Assembly: GCA_964016885.1 (NCBI GenBank)
Contig: OZ024745.1
Location: 64,914,001 to 64,978,000, forward strand
Reading direction: 5' to 3'
Source of the DNA: Eledone cirrhosa
Lineage: Eukaryota
Length of the DNA stretch: 64,000 nt
Numbering within the stretch: position 1 is the stretch's first letter; every line of letters begins with the position of its first letter. The notes under the pieces were generated by a model. The model worked only from the letters and a program-made list of their open reading frames with translations, did no database searches and was not told the DNA's origin. Of the stretch, positions 1 through 13,800 are shown piece after piece. Made by a program: the position numbers and the translations under genes.

Positions 1-3000
1 ATTTTTTATTTGGGAGATCCATTTTTTATTTGGGTGATCCATTTTTTATTTGGGTGATCCATTTTTTATTTGGGGGATCCATTTTTTATTTGGGTGATCC
101 ATTTTTTATTTGGGTGATCCATTTTTTATTTGGGGGATCCATTTTTTATTTGGGGGATCCATTTTTTATTTGGGTGATCCATTTTTATTTGGAGATCCAT
201 TTTGTATTTGGGTGATCCATTTTTTAATAGGGTGATCCATTTTTTATTTGGGTGATCCATTTTTTATTTGGGGGATCCTTTTTTTATTTGGGTGATCCAT
301 TTTTTATTTGGGTGGTCCATTTTTTATTTGGGTGATCCATTTTTTATTTGGGGGATCCATTTTTTATTTGGGTGATCCATTTTTCATTTGGGGATCCATT
401 TTTTATTTGGGTGATCCATTTTTTATTTGGGTGATCCATTTTTTATTTGGGGGATACATTTTTTATTTGGGTGATCCATTTTTTATTTGGGGGGGTCCAT
501 TTTTTATTTGGGGGATCCATTTTTATTTAGGTGATCCATTTTTTATTTGGGGGATCCATTTTTTATTTGGGTGATCCCTTTTTTATTTGGGGGATCCATT
601 TTTTATTTGGGTGATCCATTTTTTATTTGGGGGATCCATTTTTTATTTGGGGGATTCATTTTTTATTTGGGTGATCCATTTTTTATTAGGGGGATCCATT
701 TTTTATTTGGGTGATCCATTTTTATTTGGAGATCCATTTTTTATTTAGGTGATCCATTTTATAATTGGTTGATCCATTTTTTATTTGGGGGATCCATTTT
801 TTATTTGGGGGATCCATTATTTATTTGGGTGATCCATTTTTTATTTGGGTGATCCATTTTTTATTTGGGTGATCCATTTTTTATTTGGGTGATCCATTTT
901 TTATTTGGGTGATCCATTTTTTATTTGGGGGATCCATTTTTTATTTGGGTGAACCATTTTTTATTTGGGGGATCCATTTTTTATTTGGGTGATCCATTTT
1001 TTATTTGGGGGATCCATTTTTTATTTCGGGGATTCATTTTTTATTTGGGTGATTCATTTTTTATTTGGGGGATCCATTTTTTATTTTGGGTGATCCATTT
1101 TTTATTAGGGGGATCCATTTTTTATTTGGGTGATCCATTTTTATTTGTAGATCCATTTTTTATTTGGGTGATCCATTTTTTAATTGGATGATCCATTTTT
1201 TATTTGGGGGATCCATTTTTTATTTGGGGGATCCATTATTTATTTGGGTGATCCATTTTTTATTTGGGTGATCCATTTTTTATTCGGGGGATCCATTTTT
1301 TATTTGGGTGATCCATTTTTTATTTGGGTGATCCATTTTTTAATTGGGGATCCATTTTTTATTTAGTTGATCCATTTTTTAATTGGGTGATCCATTTTTT
1401 ATTTGGGGGTCCATTTTATATTTGGGGGATCCATTTTTATTTGGGTGATCCATTTTTTATTTGGGTGATCCATTTTTTATTTGGGTGATCCATTTTTTAT
1501 TTGGGTTGATCCCTTTTTTATTTGGGGGATCCATTTTTTATTTGGGTGATCCATTTTTTATTTGGGGGATCCATTTTTTATTTGGGGGATCCATTTTTTA
1601 TTTGGTTGATCCATTTTTTATTAGGGGGATCCATTTTTTATTTGGGTGATCCATTTTAATTTGGAGATCCATTTTTTGTTTAGGTGATCCATTTTATAAT
1701 TGGGTGATCCATTTTTTATTTGGGGGATCCATTTTTTATTTGGGGGATCCATTTTTTATTTGGGTGATCCATTTTTTATTTTGCTGATTCATTTTTTATT
1801 TGGGTGATCCATTTTTTATTTGGGGGTCCATTTTTTATTTGGGTGATCCATTTTTTATTTGGGTGATCCATTTTTTAATTAGGTGATCCATCTTTATTTG
1901 GGTGATCCATTTTTTACTTGGGGGATCCATTTTTTATTTGGGTGATCCATTTTTTATTTTGATGATTCATTTTTTATTTGGGTGATCCATTTTTTATTTG
2001 GGGGATCCATTTTTTATTTGGATGAACCATTTTTTATTTGGGGGATCCATCTTTTATTTGGGTGATCCATTTTTTATTTGGGTGATCCATTTTTTATTTG
2101 GGGGATCCATTTTTTATTTGGGTGATCCATTTTTTATTTGGGTGATCCATTTTTTATTTGGGGGATCCATTTTTTATTTGGGGGATCCATTTTTTATTTG
2201 GGTGATCCATTTTTATTTGGAGATCCATTTTGTATTTGGGTGATCCATTTTTTAATTGGGTGATCCATTTTTTATTTGGGTGATCCATTTTTTATTTGGG
2301 GGATCCATTTTTTATTTGGGTGATCCATTTTTTATTTGGGTGGTCCATTTTTTATTTGGGTGATCCATTTTTTATTTGGGGGATCCATTTTTTATTTGGG
2401 TGATCCATTTTTTATTTGGGGATCCATTTTTTATTTGGGTGATCCATTTTTTATTTGGGTGATCCATTTTTTATTTGGGGGATCCATTTTTTATTTGGGT
2501 GATCCATTTTTTATTTGGGGGTGCATTTTTTATTTGGGGGATCCATTTTTATTTGGGTGATCCATTTTTTATTTGGGGGATCCATTTTTTATTTGGGTGA
2601 TCCATTTTTTATTTGGGTTGATCCCTTTTTTATTTGGGGGATCCATTTTTTATTTGGGTGATCCATTTTTTATTTGGGGGATCCATTTTTTATTTGGGGG
2701 ATCCATTTTTTATTTGGTTGATCCATTTTTTATTAGGGGGATCCATTTTTTATTTGGGTGATCCATTTTAATTTGGAGATCCATTTTTTGTTTAGGTGAT
2801 CCATTTTATAATTGGGTGATCCATTTTTTATTTGGGGGATCCATTTTTTATTTGGGGGATCCATTATTTATTTGGGTGATCCATTTTTTATTTGGGTGAT
2901 CCATTTTTTATTTGGGTGATCCATTTTTTATTTGGGTGATCCATTTTTTATTTGGGTGTTCCATTTTTTATTTGGGGGATCCATTTTTTATTTGGGTGAT

Positions 3001-3379
3001 CCATTCTTTATTTGGGTGATCCATTTTTTATTTGAGGGATCCATTTTATATTTGGGTGATCCATTTTTTATTTGGGTGATCCATTTTTTATTTGGGGGAT
3101 CCATTTTTTATTTGGGGGATCCATTTTTTATTTGGGGGATCCATTTTTTATTTGGGGGATCCATTTTTTATTTCGGGGATCCATTTTTTATTTGGGTGAT
3201 TCATTTTTTATTTGGGGGATCCATTTTTTATTTGGGTGATCCATTTTTTTTATTTGGGGGTCCATTTTATATTTGGGTGATCCATTTTTTATTTGGATGA
3301 TCCATTTTTTAATTGGGTGATCCATTTTTATTTGGGTGATCCATTTTTTACTTGGGGGATCCATTTTTTATTTGGGTGA

Positions 3380-6010
3380 TCCATTTTTTATTTTGCTGAT
3401 TCATTTTTTATTTGGGTGATCCATTTTTTATTTGGGGGATCCATTTTTTATTTGGGTGAACCATTTTTTATTTGGGAGATCCATTTTTTATTTGGGTGAT
3501 CCATTTTTTATTTGGGTGATCCATTTTTTATTTGGGGGATCCATTTTTTATTTGGGTGATCCATTTTTTATTTGGGTGATCCATTTTTTATTTGGGGGAT
3601 CCATTTTTTATTTGGGGGATCCATTTTTTATTTGGGTGATCCATTTTTATTTGGAGATCCATTTTGTATTTGGGTGATCCATTTTTTAATAGGGTGATCC
3701 ATTTTTTATTTGGGTGATCCATTTTTTATTTGGGGGATCCTTTTTTTATTTGGGTGATCCATTTTTTATTTGGGTGGTCCATTTTTTATTTGGGTGATCC
3801 ATTTTTTATTTGGGGGATCCATTTTTTATTTGGGTGATCCATTTTTCATTTGGGGATCCATTTTTTATTTGGGTGATCCATTTTTTATTTGGGTGATCCA
3901 TTTTTTATTTGGGGGATACATTTTTTATTTGGGTGATCCATTTTTTATTTGGGGGGGTCCATTTTTTATTTGGGGGATCCATTTTTATTTGGGTGATCCA
4001 TTTTTTATTTGGGGGATCCATTTTTTATTTGGGTGATCCCTTTTTTATTTGGGGGATCCATTTTTTATTTGGGTGATCCATTTTTTATTTGGGGGATCCA
4101 TTTTTTATTTGGGGGATTCATTTTTTATTTGGGTGATCCATTTTTTATTAGGGGGATCCATTTTATATTTGGGTGATCCATTTTTATTTGGAGATCCATT
4201 TTTTATTTAGGTGATCCATTTTATAATTGGTTGATCCATTTTTTATTTGGGGGATCCATTTTTTATTTGGGGGATCCATTATTTATTTGGGTGATCCATT
4301 TTTTATTTGGGTGATCCATTTTTTATTTGGGTGATCCATTTTTTATTTGGGTGATCCATTTTTTATTTGGGTGATCCATTTTTTATTTGGGGGATCCATT
4401 TTTTATTTGGGTGATCCATTTTTTATTTGGGGGATCCATTTTTTATTTGGGTGATCCATTTTTTATTTGGGGGATCCATTTTTTATTTCGGGGATCCATT
4501 TTTTATTTGGGTGATTCATTTTTTATTTGGGGGATCCATTTTTTATTTTGGGTGATCCATTTTTTATTAGGGGGATCCATTTTTAGTTTGGGTGATCCAT
4601 TTTTATTTGTAGATCCATTTTTTATTTGGGTGATCCATTTTTAATTGGATGATCCATTTTTTATTTGGGGGATCCATTTTTTATTTGGGGGATCCATTTT
4701 TTATTTTGCTGATTCATTTTTTATTTGGGTGATCCATTTTTTATTTGGGGGATCCATTTTTTATTTGGGTGAACCATTTTTTATTTGGGAGATCCATTTT
4801 TTATTTGGGTGATCCATTTTTTATTTGGGTGATCCATTTTTTATTTGGGGGATCCATTTTTTATTTGGGTGATCCATTTTTTATTTGGGTGATCCATTTT
4901 TTATTTGGGGGATCCATTTTTTATTTGGGGGATCCATTTTTTATTTGGGTGATCCATTTTTATTTGGAGATCCATTTTGTATTTGGGTGATCCATTTTTT
5001 AATAGGGTGATCCATTTTTTATTTGGGTGATCCATTTTTTATTTGGGGGATCCTTTTTTTATTTGGGTGATCCATTTTTTATTTGGGTGGTCCATTTTTT
5101 ATTTGGGTGATCCATTTTTTATTTGGGGGATCCATTTTTTATTTGGGTGATCCATTTTTCATTTGGGGATCCATTTTTTATTTGGGTGATCCATTTTTTA
5201 TTTGGGTGATCCATTTTTTATTTGGGGGATACATTTTTTATTTGGGTGATCCATTTTTTATTTGGGGGGGTCCATTTTTTATTTGGGGGATCCATTTTTA
5301 TTTGGGTGATCCATTTTTTATTTGGGGGATCCATTTTTTATTTGGGTGATCCCTTTTTTATTTGGGGGATCCATTTTTTATTTGGGTGATCCATTTTTTA
5401 TTTGGGGGATCCATTTTTTATTTGGGGGATTCATTTTTTATTTGGGTGATCCATTTTTTATTAGGGGGATCCATTTTATATTTGGGTGATCCATTTTTAT
5501 TTGGAGATCCATTTTTTATTTAGGTGATCCATTTTATAATTGGTTGATCCATTTTTTATTTGGGGGATCCATTTTTTATTTGGGGGATCCATTATTTATT
5601 TGGGTGATCCATTTTTTATTTGGGTGATCCATTTTTTATTTGGGTGATCCATTTTTTATTTGGGTGATCCATTTTTTATTTGGGTGATCCATTTTTTATT
5701 TGGGGGATCCATTTTTTATTTGGGTGATCCATTTTTTATTTGGGGGATCCATTTTTTATTTGGGTGATCCATTTTTTATTTGGGGGATCCATTTTTTATT
5801 TCGGGGATCCATTTTTTATTTGGGTGATTCATTTTTTATTTGGGGGATCCATTTTTTATTTTGGGTGATCCATTTTTTATTAGGGGGATCCATTTTTAGT
5901 TTGGGTGATCCATTTTTATTTGTAGATCCATTTTTTATTTGGGTGATCCATTTTTAATTGGATGATCCATTTTTTATTTGGGGGATCCATTTTTTATTTG
6001 GGGGATCCAT
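3380..6010 (+). repeat. Higher-order tandem duplication, period 1313 bp
   Basis: Rare markers recur at +1313: AATAGGG (3691, 5004) and TTTTAGTTTG (4585, 5898). ORF-track triplet 3432/3770/4387 recurs at 4745/5083/5700. Boundaries approximate. Confidence 0.9.
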
Positions 6011-6069
6011 TATTTATTTGGGTGATCCATTTTTTATTTGGGTGATCCATTTTTTATTCGGGGGATCCA

Positions 6070-7180
6070 TTTTTTATTTGGGTGATCCATTTTTTATTTG
6101 GGGGATCCATTTTTTATTTGGGGGATCCATTTTTTATTTGGTTGATCCATTTTTTATTAGGGGGATCCATTTTTTATTTGGGTGATCCATTTTAATTTGG
6201 AGATCCATTTTTTGTTTAGGTGATCCATTTTATAATTGGGTGATCCATTTTTTATTTGGGGGATCCATTTTTTATTTGGGGGATCCATTTTTTATTTGGG
6301 TGATCCATTTTTTATTTTGCTGATTCATTTTTTATTTGGGTGATCCATTTTTTATTTGGGGGATCCATTTTTTATTTGGGTGAACCATTTTTTATTTGGG
6401 AGATCCATTTTTTATTTGGGTGATCCATTTTTTATTTGGGTGATCCATTTTTTATTTGGGGGATCCATTTTTTATTTGGGTGATCCATTTTTTATTTGGG
6501 TGATCCATTTTATATTTGGGGGATCCATTTTTTATTTGGGGGATCCATTTTTTATTTGGGTGATCCATTTTTATTTGGAGATCCATTTTGTATTTGGGTG
6601 ATCCATTTTTTATTTGGGTTGATCCCTTTTTTATTTGGGGGATCCATTTTTTATTTGGGTGATCCATTTTTTATTTGGGGGATCCATTTTTTATTTGGGG
6701 GATCCATTTTTTATTTGGTTGATCCATTTTTTATTAGGGGGATCCATTTTTTATTTGGGTGATCCATTTTAATTTGGAGATCCATTTTTTGTTTAGGTGA
6801 TCCATTTTATAATTGGGTGATCCATTTTTTATTTGGGGGATCCATTTTTTATTTGGGGGATCCATTTTTTATTTGGGTGATCCATTTTTTATTTTGCTGA
6901 TTCATTTTTTATTTGGGTGATCCATTTTTTATTTGGGGGATCCATTTTTTATTTGGGTGAACCATTTTTTATTTGGGAGATCCATTTTTTATTTGGGTGA
7001 TCCATTTTTTATTTGGGTGATCCATTTTTTATTTGGGGGATCCATTTTTTATTTGGGTGATCCATTTTTTATTTGGGTGATCCATTTTATATTTGGGGGA
7101 TCCATTTTTTATTTGGGGGATCCATTTTTTATTTGGGTGATCCATTTTTATTTGGAGATCCATTTTGTATTTGGGTGATC
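6070..7180 (+). repeat. Higher-order tandem duplication, period 577 bp
   Basis: Identical ORF translations at 6356 and 6933, including the private 'HFIFG' variant. The marker series GGTTG / TTAGGG / TTTTAATTTGGAG / TTTGTTTAGG / TTTTGCTGATTC repeats at +577. Confidence 0.85.
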
Positions 7181-10040
7181 CATTTTTTAATTGGGTGATC
7201 CATTTTTTATTTGGGTGATCCATTTTTTATTTGGGGGATCCATTTTTTATTTGGGTGATCCATTTTTTATTTGGGTGGTCCATTTTTTATTTGGGTGATT
7301 CATTTTTTATTTGGGGGATCCATTTTTTATTTGGGTGATCCATTCTTTATTTGGGGATCCATTTTTTATTTGGGTGATCCATTTTTTATTTGGGTGATCC
7401 ATTTTTTATTTGGGGGATACATTTTTTATTTGGGTGATCCATTTTTTATTTGGGGGGGTCCATATTTTATTTGGGGGATCCATTTTTTATTTGGGTGATC
7501 CATTTTTTATTTGGGGGATCCATTTTTTATTTGGGGGATTCATTTTTTATTTGGGTGATCCATTTTTTATTAGGGGGATCCATTTTTTATTTGGGTGATC
7601 CATTTTTATTTGGAGATCCATTTTTTATTTAGGTGATCCATTTTATAATTGGGTGATCCATTTTTTATTTGGGGGATCCATTTTTTATTTGGGGGATCCA
7701 TTATTTATTTGGGTGATCCATTTTTTATTTGGGTGATCCATTTTTTATTTGGGTGATCCATTTTTTATTTGGGTGATCCATTTTTTATTTGGGTGATCCA
7801 TTTTTTATTTGGGGGATCCATTTTTTATTTGGGTGATCCATTTTTTATTTGGGGGATCCATTTTTTATTTGGGTGATCCATTTTTTATTTGGGGGATCCA
7901 TTTTTTATTTCGGGGATCCATTGTTTATTTGGGTGATTCATTTTTTATTTGGGGGATCCATTTTTTATTTTGGGTGATCCATTTTTTATTAGGGGGATCC
8001 ATTTTTTATTTGGGTGATCCATTTTTATTTGTAGATCCATTTTTTATTTGGGTGATCCATTTTTTAATTGGATGATCCATTTTTTATTTGGGGGATCCAT
8101 TTTTTATTTGGGGGATCCATTATTTATTTGGGTGATCCATTTTTTATTTGGGTGATCCATTTTTTATTCGGGGGATCCATTTTTTATTTGGGTGATCCAT
8201 TTTTTATTTGGGTGATCCATTTTTTAATTGGGGATCCATTTTTTATTTAGTTGATCCATTTTTTAATTGGGTGATCCATTTTTTATTTGGGGGTCCATTT
8301 TATATTTGGGGGATCCATTTTTATTTGGGTGATCCATTTTTTATTTGGGTGATCCATTTTTTATTTGGGTGATCCATTTTTTATTTGGGTTGATCCCTTT
8401 TTTATTTGGGGGATCCATTTTTTATTTGGGTGATCCATTTTTTATTTGGGGGATCCATTTTTTATTTGGGGGATCCATTTTTTATTTGGTTGATCCATTT
8501 TTTATTAGGGGGATCCATTTTTTATTTGGGTGATCCATTTTAATTTGGAGATCCATTTTTTGTTTAGGTGATCCATTTTATAATTGGGTGATCCATTTTT
8601 TATTTGGGGGATCCATTTTTTATTTGGGGGATCCATTTTTTATTTGGGTGATCCATTTTTTATTTTGCTGATTCATTTTTTATTTGGGTGATCCATTTTT
8701 TATTTGGGGGATCCATTTTTTATTTGGGTGAACCATTTTTTATTTGGGAGATCCATTTTTTATTTGGGTGATCCATTTTTTATTTGGGTGATCCATTTTT
8801 TATTTGGGGGATCCATTTTTTATTTGGGTGATCCATTTTTTATTTGGGTGATCCATTTTATATTTGGGGGATCCATTTTTTATTTGGGGGATCCATTTTT
8901 TATTTGGGTGATCCATTTTTATTTGGAGATCCATTTTGTATTTGGGTGATCCATTTTTTAATTGGGTGATCCATTTTTTATTTGGGTGATCCATTTTTTA
9001 TTTGGGGGATCCATTTTTTATTTGGGTGATCCATTTTTTATTTGGGTGGTCCATTTTTTATTTGGGTGATTCATTTTTTATTTGGGGGATCCATTTTTTA
9101 TTTGGGTGATCCATTCTTTATTTGGGGATCCATTTTTTATTTGGGTGATCCATTTTTTATTTGGGTGATCCATTTTTTATTTGGGGGATACATTTTTTAT
9201 TTGGGTGATCCATTTTTTATTTGGGGGGGTCCATATTTTATTTGGGGGATCCATTTTTTATTTGGGTGATCCATTTTTTATTTGGGGGATCCATTTTTTA
9301 TTTGGGGGATTCATTTTTTATTTGGGTGATCCATTTTTTATTAGGGGGATCCTTTTTTATTTGGGTGATCCATTTTTATTTGGAGATCCATTTTTTATTT
9401 AGGTGATCCATTTTATAATTGGGTGATCCATTTTTTATTTGGGGGATCCATTTTTTATTTGGGGGATCCATTATTTATTTGGGTGATCCATTTTTTATTT
9501 GGGTGATCCATTTTTTATTTGGGTGATCCATTTTTTATTTGGGTGATCCATTTTTTATTTGGGTGATCCATTTTTTATTTGGGGGATCCATTTTTTATTT
9601 GGGTGATCCATTTTTTATTTGGGGGATCCATTTTTTATTTGGGTGATCCATTTTTTATTTGGGGGATCCATTTTTTATTTCGGGGATCCATTGTTTATTT
9701 GGGTGATTCATTCTTTATTTGGGGGATCCATTTTTTATTTTGGGTGATCCATTTTTTATTAGGGGGATCCATTTTTTATTTGGGTGATCCATTTTTATTT
9801 GTAGATCCATTTTTTATTTGGGTGATCCATTTTTTAATTGGATGATCCATTTTTTATTTGGGGGATCCATTTTTTATTTGGGGGATCCATTATTTATTTG
9901 GGTGATCCATTTTTTATTTGGGTGATCCATTTTTTATTCGGGGGATCCATTTTTTATTTGGGTGATCCATTTTTTATTTGGGTGATCCATTTTTTAATTG
10001 GGGATCCATTTTTTATTTAGTTGATCCATTTTTTAATTGG
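6590..10040 (+). repeat. Higher-order tandem duplication, period 1771/1770 bp
   Basis: The private marker GGTCCATATTTT occurs at 7461 and 9232. ORFs 6933/7271/7410 recur at 8704/9042/9181 (+1771), and 7809/8068 recur at 9579/9838 (+1770). Confidence 0.9.
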
Positions 10041-10879
10041 GTGATGCATTTTTTATTTGGGGGATCCATTTTTTATTTGGGGGATCCATTTTTTATTTGG
10101 GGGATCCATTGTTTATTTGGGTGATCCATTTTTTATTTGGGGGATCCATTTTGTATTTGGGTGATCCATTTTTTATTTGGGTGATCCATTTTTTATTTGG
10201 GTGATCCATTTTTTATTTGTGGGATCCATTTTTTATTTGGGTGATCCATTTTTTATTTGGGGGATCCTTTTTTTATTTGGGTGATCCATTTTTTATTTGG
10301 GTGATGCATTTTTTATTTGGGGGATCCATTTTTTATTTGGGGGATCCATTTTTTATTTGGGGGATCCATTTTTTATTTGGGTGATCCATTTTTTATATGG
10401 GTGATCCATTTTTTATTTGGGGGGATCCATTTTTAATTTGGGTGATCCATTTTTTATTTGGGGGATCCATTTTTTATTTGGGTGATCCATTTTTTATTTG
10501 GGAGATCCATTTTTTATTTGGGTGATCCATTTTTTATTTGGGTGATCCATTTTTTAATTGGGTGATCCATTTTTTATTTGGGGGATCCATTTTTTATTTG
10601 GGTGATCCATTTTTTAGTTGGGTGGTCCATTTTTTATTTGGGTGATCCATTTTTTATTTGGGGGATCCATTTTTTATTTGGGTGATCCATTTTTTATTTG
10701 GGGATCCATTTTTTATTTGGGTGATCCATTTTTTATTTGGGTGATCCATTTTTTATTTGGGGGATCCATTTTTTATTTGGGTGATTCATTTTTTATTTGG
10801 GGGGTCCATTTTTTATTTGGGGGATCCATTTTTATTTGGGTGATCCATTTTTTATTTGGGGGATCCATTTTTTATTTGG

Positions 10880-13800
10880 GTGATCCATTTTTTATTTGGG
10901 TTGATCCCTTTTTTATTTGGGGGATCCATTTTTTATTTGGGTGATCCATTTTTTATTTGGGGGATCCATTTTTTATTTGGGTGATCCATTTTTTATTTGA
11001 GGGATCCATTTTATATTTGGGTGATCCATTTTTTATTTGGGGGATCCATTATTTATTTGGGTGATCCATTTTTTATTTGGGTGATCCATTTTTTATTTGG
11101 GTGATCCATTTTTTATTTGGGTGATCCATTTTTTATTTGGGGATCCATTTTTTATTTGGGTGATCCATTTTTTATTTGGGTGATCCATTTTTTATTTGGG
11201 GGATCCATTTTTTATTTGGGTGATCCATTTTTTATTTGGGGGATCCATTTTTTATTTGAGTGATCCATTTTTTATTTGGGTTGATCCCTTTTTTATTTGG
11301 GGGATCCATTTTTTATTTGGGTGATCCATTTTTTATTTGGGGGATCCATTTTTTATTTGGGGGATCCATTTTTTATTTGGTTGATCCATTTTTTATTAGG
11401 GGGATCCATTTTTTATTTGGGTGATCCATTTTAATTTGGAGATCCATTTTTTGTTTAGGTGATCCATTTTATAATTGGGTGATCCATTTTTTATTTGGGG
11501 GATCCATTTTTTATTTGGGGGATCCATTATTTATTTGGGTGATCCATTTTTTATTTGGGTGATCCATTTTTTATTTGGGTGATCCATTTTTTATTTGGGT
11601 GATCCATTTTTTATTTGGGTGATCCATTTTTTATTTGGGGGATCCATTTTTTATTTGGGTGATCCATTTTTTATTTGGGTGATCCATTTTTTATTTGAGG
11701 GATCCATTTTATATTTGGGTGATCCATTTTTTATATGGGTGATCCATTTTTTATTTGGGGGATCCATTTTTTATTTGGGGGATCCATTTTTTATTTGGGG
11801 GATCCATTTTTTATTTGGGGGATCCATTTTTTATTTGGGGGATCCATTTTTTATTTCGGGGATCCATTTTTTATTTGGGTGATTCATTTTTTATTTGGGG
11901 GATCCATTTTTTATTTGGGTGATCCATTTTTTTTATTTGGGGGTCCATTTTTTATTTGGGTGATCCATTTTTTATTTGGATGATCCATTTTTTAATTGGG
12001 TGATCCATTTTTATTTGGGTGATTCATTTTTTACTTGGGGGATCCATTTTTTATTTGGGTGATCCATTTTTTATTTTGCTGATTCATTTTTTATTTGGGT
12101 GATCCATTTTTTATTTGGGGGATCCATTTTTTATTTGGGTGAACCATTTTTTATTTGGGAGATCCATTTTTTATTTGGGTGATCCATTTTTTATTTGGGT
12201 GATCCATTTTTTATTTGGGGGATCCATTTTTTACTTGGGTGATCCATTTTTTATTTGGGTGATCCATTTTTTATTTGGGGGATCCATTTTTTATTTGGGG
12301 GATCCATTTTTTATTTGGGTGATCCATTTTTATTTGGAGATCCATTTTGTATTTGGGTGATCCATTTTTTAATTGGGTGATCCATTTTTTATTTGGGTGA
12401 TCCATTTTTTATTTGGGGGATCCATTTTTTATTTGGGTGATCCATTTTTTATTTGGGTGGTCCATTTTTTATTTGGGTGATCCATTTTTTATTTGGGGGA
12501 TCCATTTTTTATTTGGGTGATCCATTTTTTATTTGGGGATCCATTTTTTATTTGGGTGATCCATTTTTTATTTGGGTGATCCATTTTTTATTTGGGGGAT
12601 CCATTTTTTATTTGGGTGATCCATTTTTTATTTGGGGGGGGTCCATTTTTTATTTGGGGGATCCATTTTTATTTGGGTGATCCATTTTTTATTTGGGGGA
12701 TCCATTTTTTATTTGGGTGATCCCTTTTTTATTTGGGGGATCCATTTTTTATTTGGGTGATCCATTTTTTATTTGGGGGATCCATTTTTTATTTGGGGGA
12801 TTCATTTTTTATTTGGGTGATCCATTTTTTATTAGGGGGATCCATTTTTTATTTGGGTGATCCATTTTTATTTGGAGATCCATTTTTTATTTGGGTGATC
12901 CATTTTTTAATTGGATGATCTATTTTTTATTTGGGGGATCCATTTTTTATTTGGGGGATCCATTATTTATTTGGTTGATCCATTTTTTATTTGGGTGATC
13001 CATTTTTTATTCGGGGGATCCATTTTTTATTTGGGTGATCCATTTTTTATTTGGGTGATCCATTTTTTAATTGGGGATCCATTTTTTATTTAGTTGATCC
13101 ATTTTTTAATTGGGTGATGCATTTTTTATTTGGGGGATCCATTTTTTATTTGGGGGATCCATTTTTTATTTGGGGGATCCATTGTTTATTTGGGTGATCC
13201 ATTTTTTATTTGGGTGATCCATTTTTTATTTGGGGGATCCATTTTGTATTTGGGTGATCCATTTTTTATTTGGGTGATCCATTTTTTATTTGGGTGATCC
13301 ATTTTTTATTTGTGGGATCCATTTTTTATTTGGGTGATCCATTTTTTATTTGGGGGATCCTTTTTTTATTTGGGTGATCCATTTTTTATTTGGGTGATCC
13401 ATTTTTTATTTGGGGGATCCATTTTTTATTTGGGTGATCCATTTTTTATTTGGGTGATCCATTTTTTATTTGGGGGATCCATTTTTTATTTGGGTGATCC
13501 ATTTTTTATTTGGGGGATCCTTTTTTTATTTGGGTGATCCATTTTTTATTTGGGTGATCCATTTTTTATTTGGGGGATCCATTTTTTATTTGGGGGATCC
13601 ATTTTTTATTTGGGTGATCCATTTTTTATATGGGTGATCCATTTTTTATTTGGGGGGATCCATTTTTAATTTGGGTGATCCATTTTTTATTTGGGGGATC
13701 CATTTTTTATTTGGGTGATCCATATTTTATTTGGGGGATCCATTTTTTATTTGGGTGATCCATTTTTTATTTGGGTGATCCATTTTTTAATTGGGTGATC

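Noticed and set aside
6452-8994. Minus-strand ORFs (MDHPNKKWI...)
   Set aside because: They arise only because a single variant removes the recurring TAA stop. They are repeat translations.
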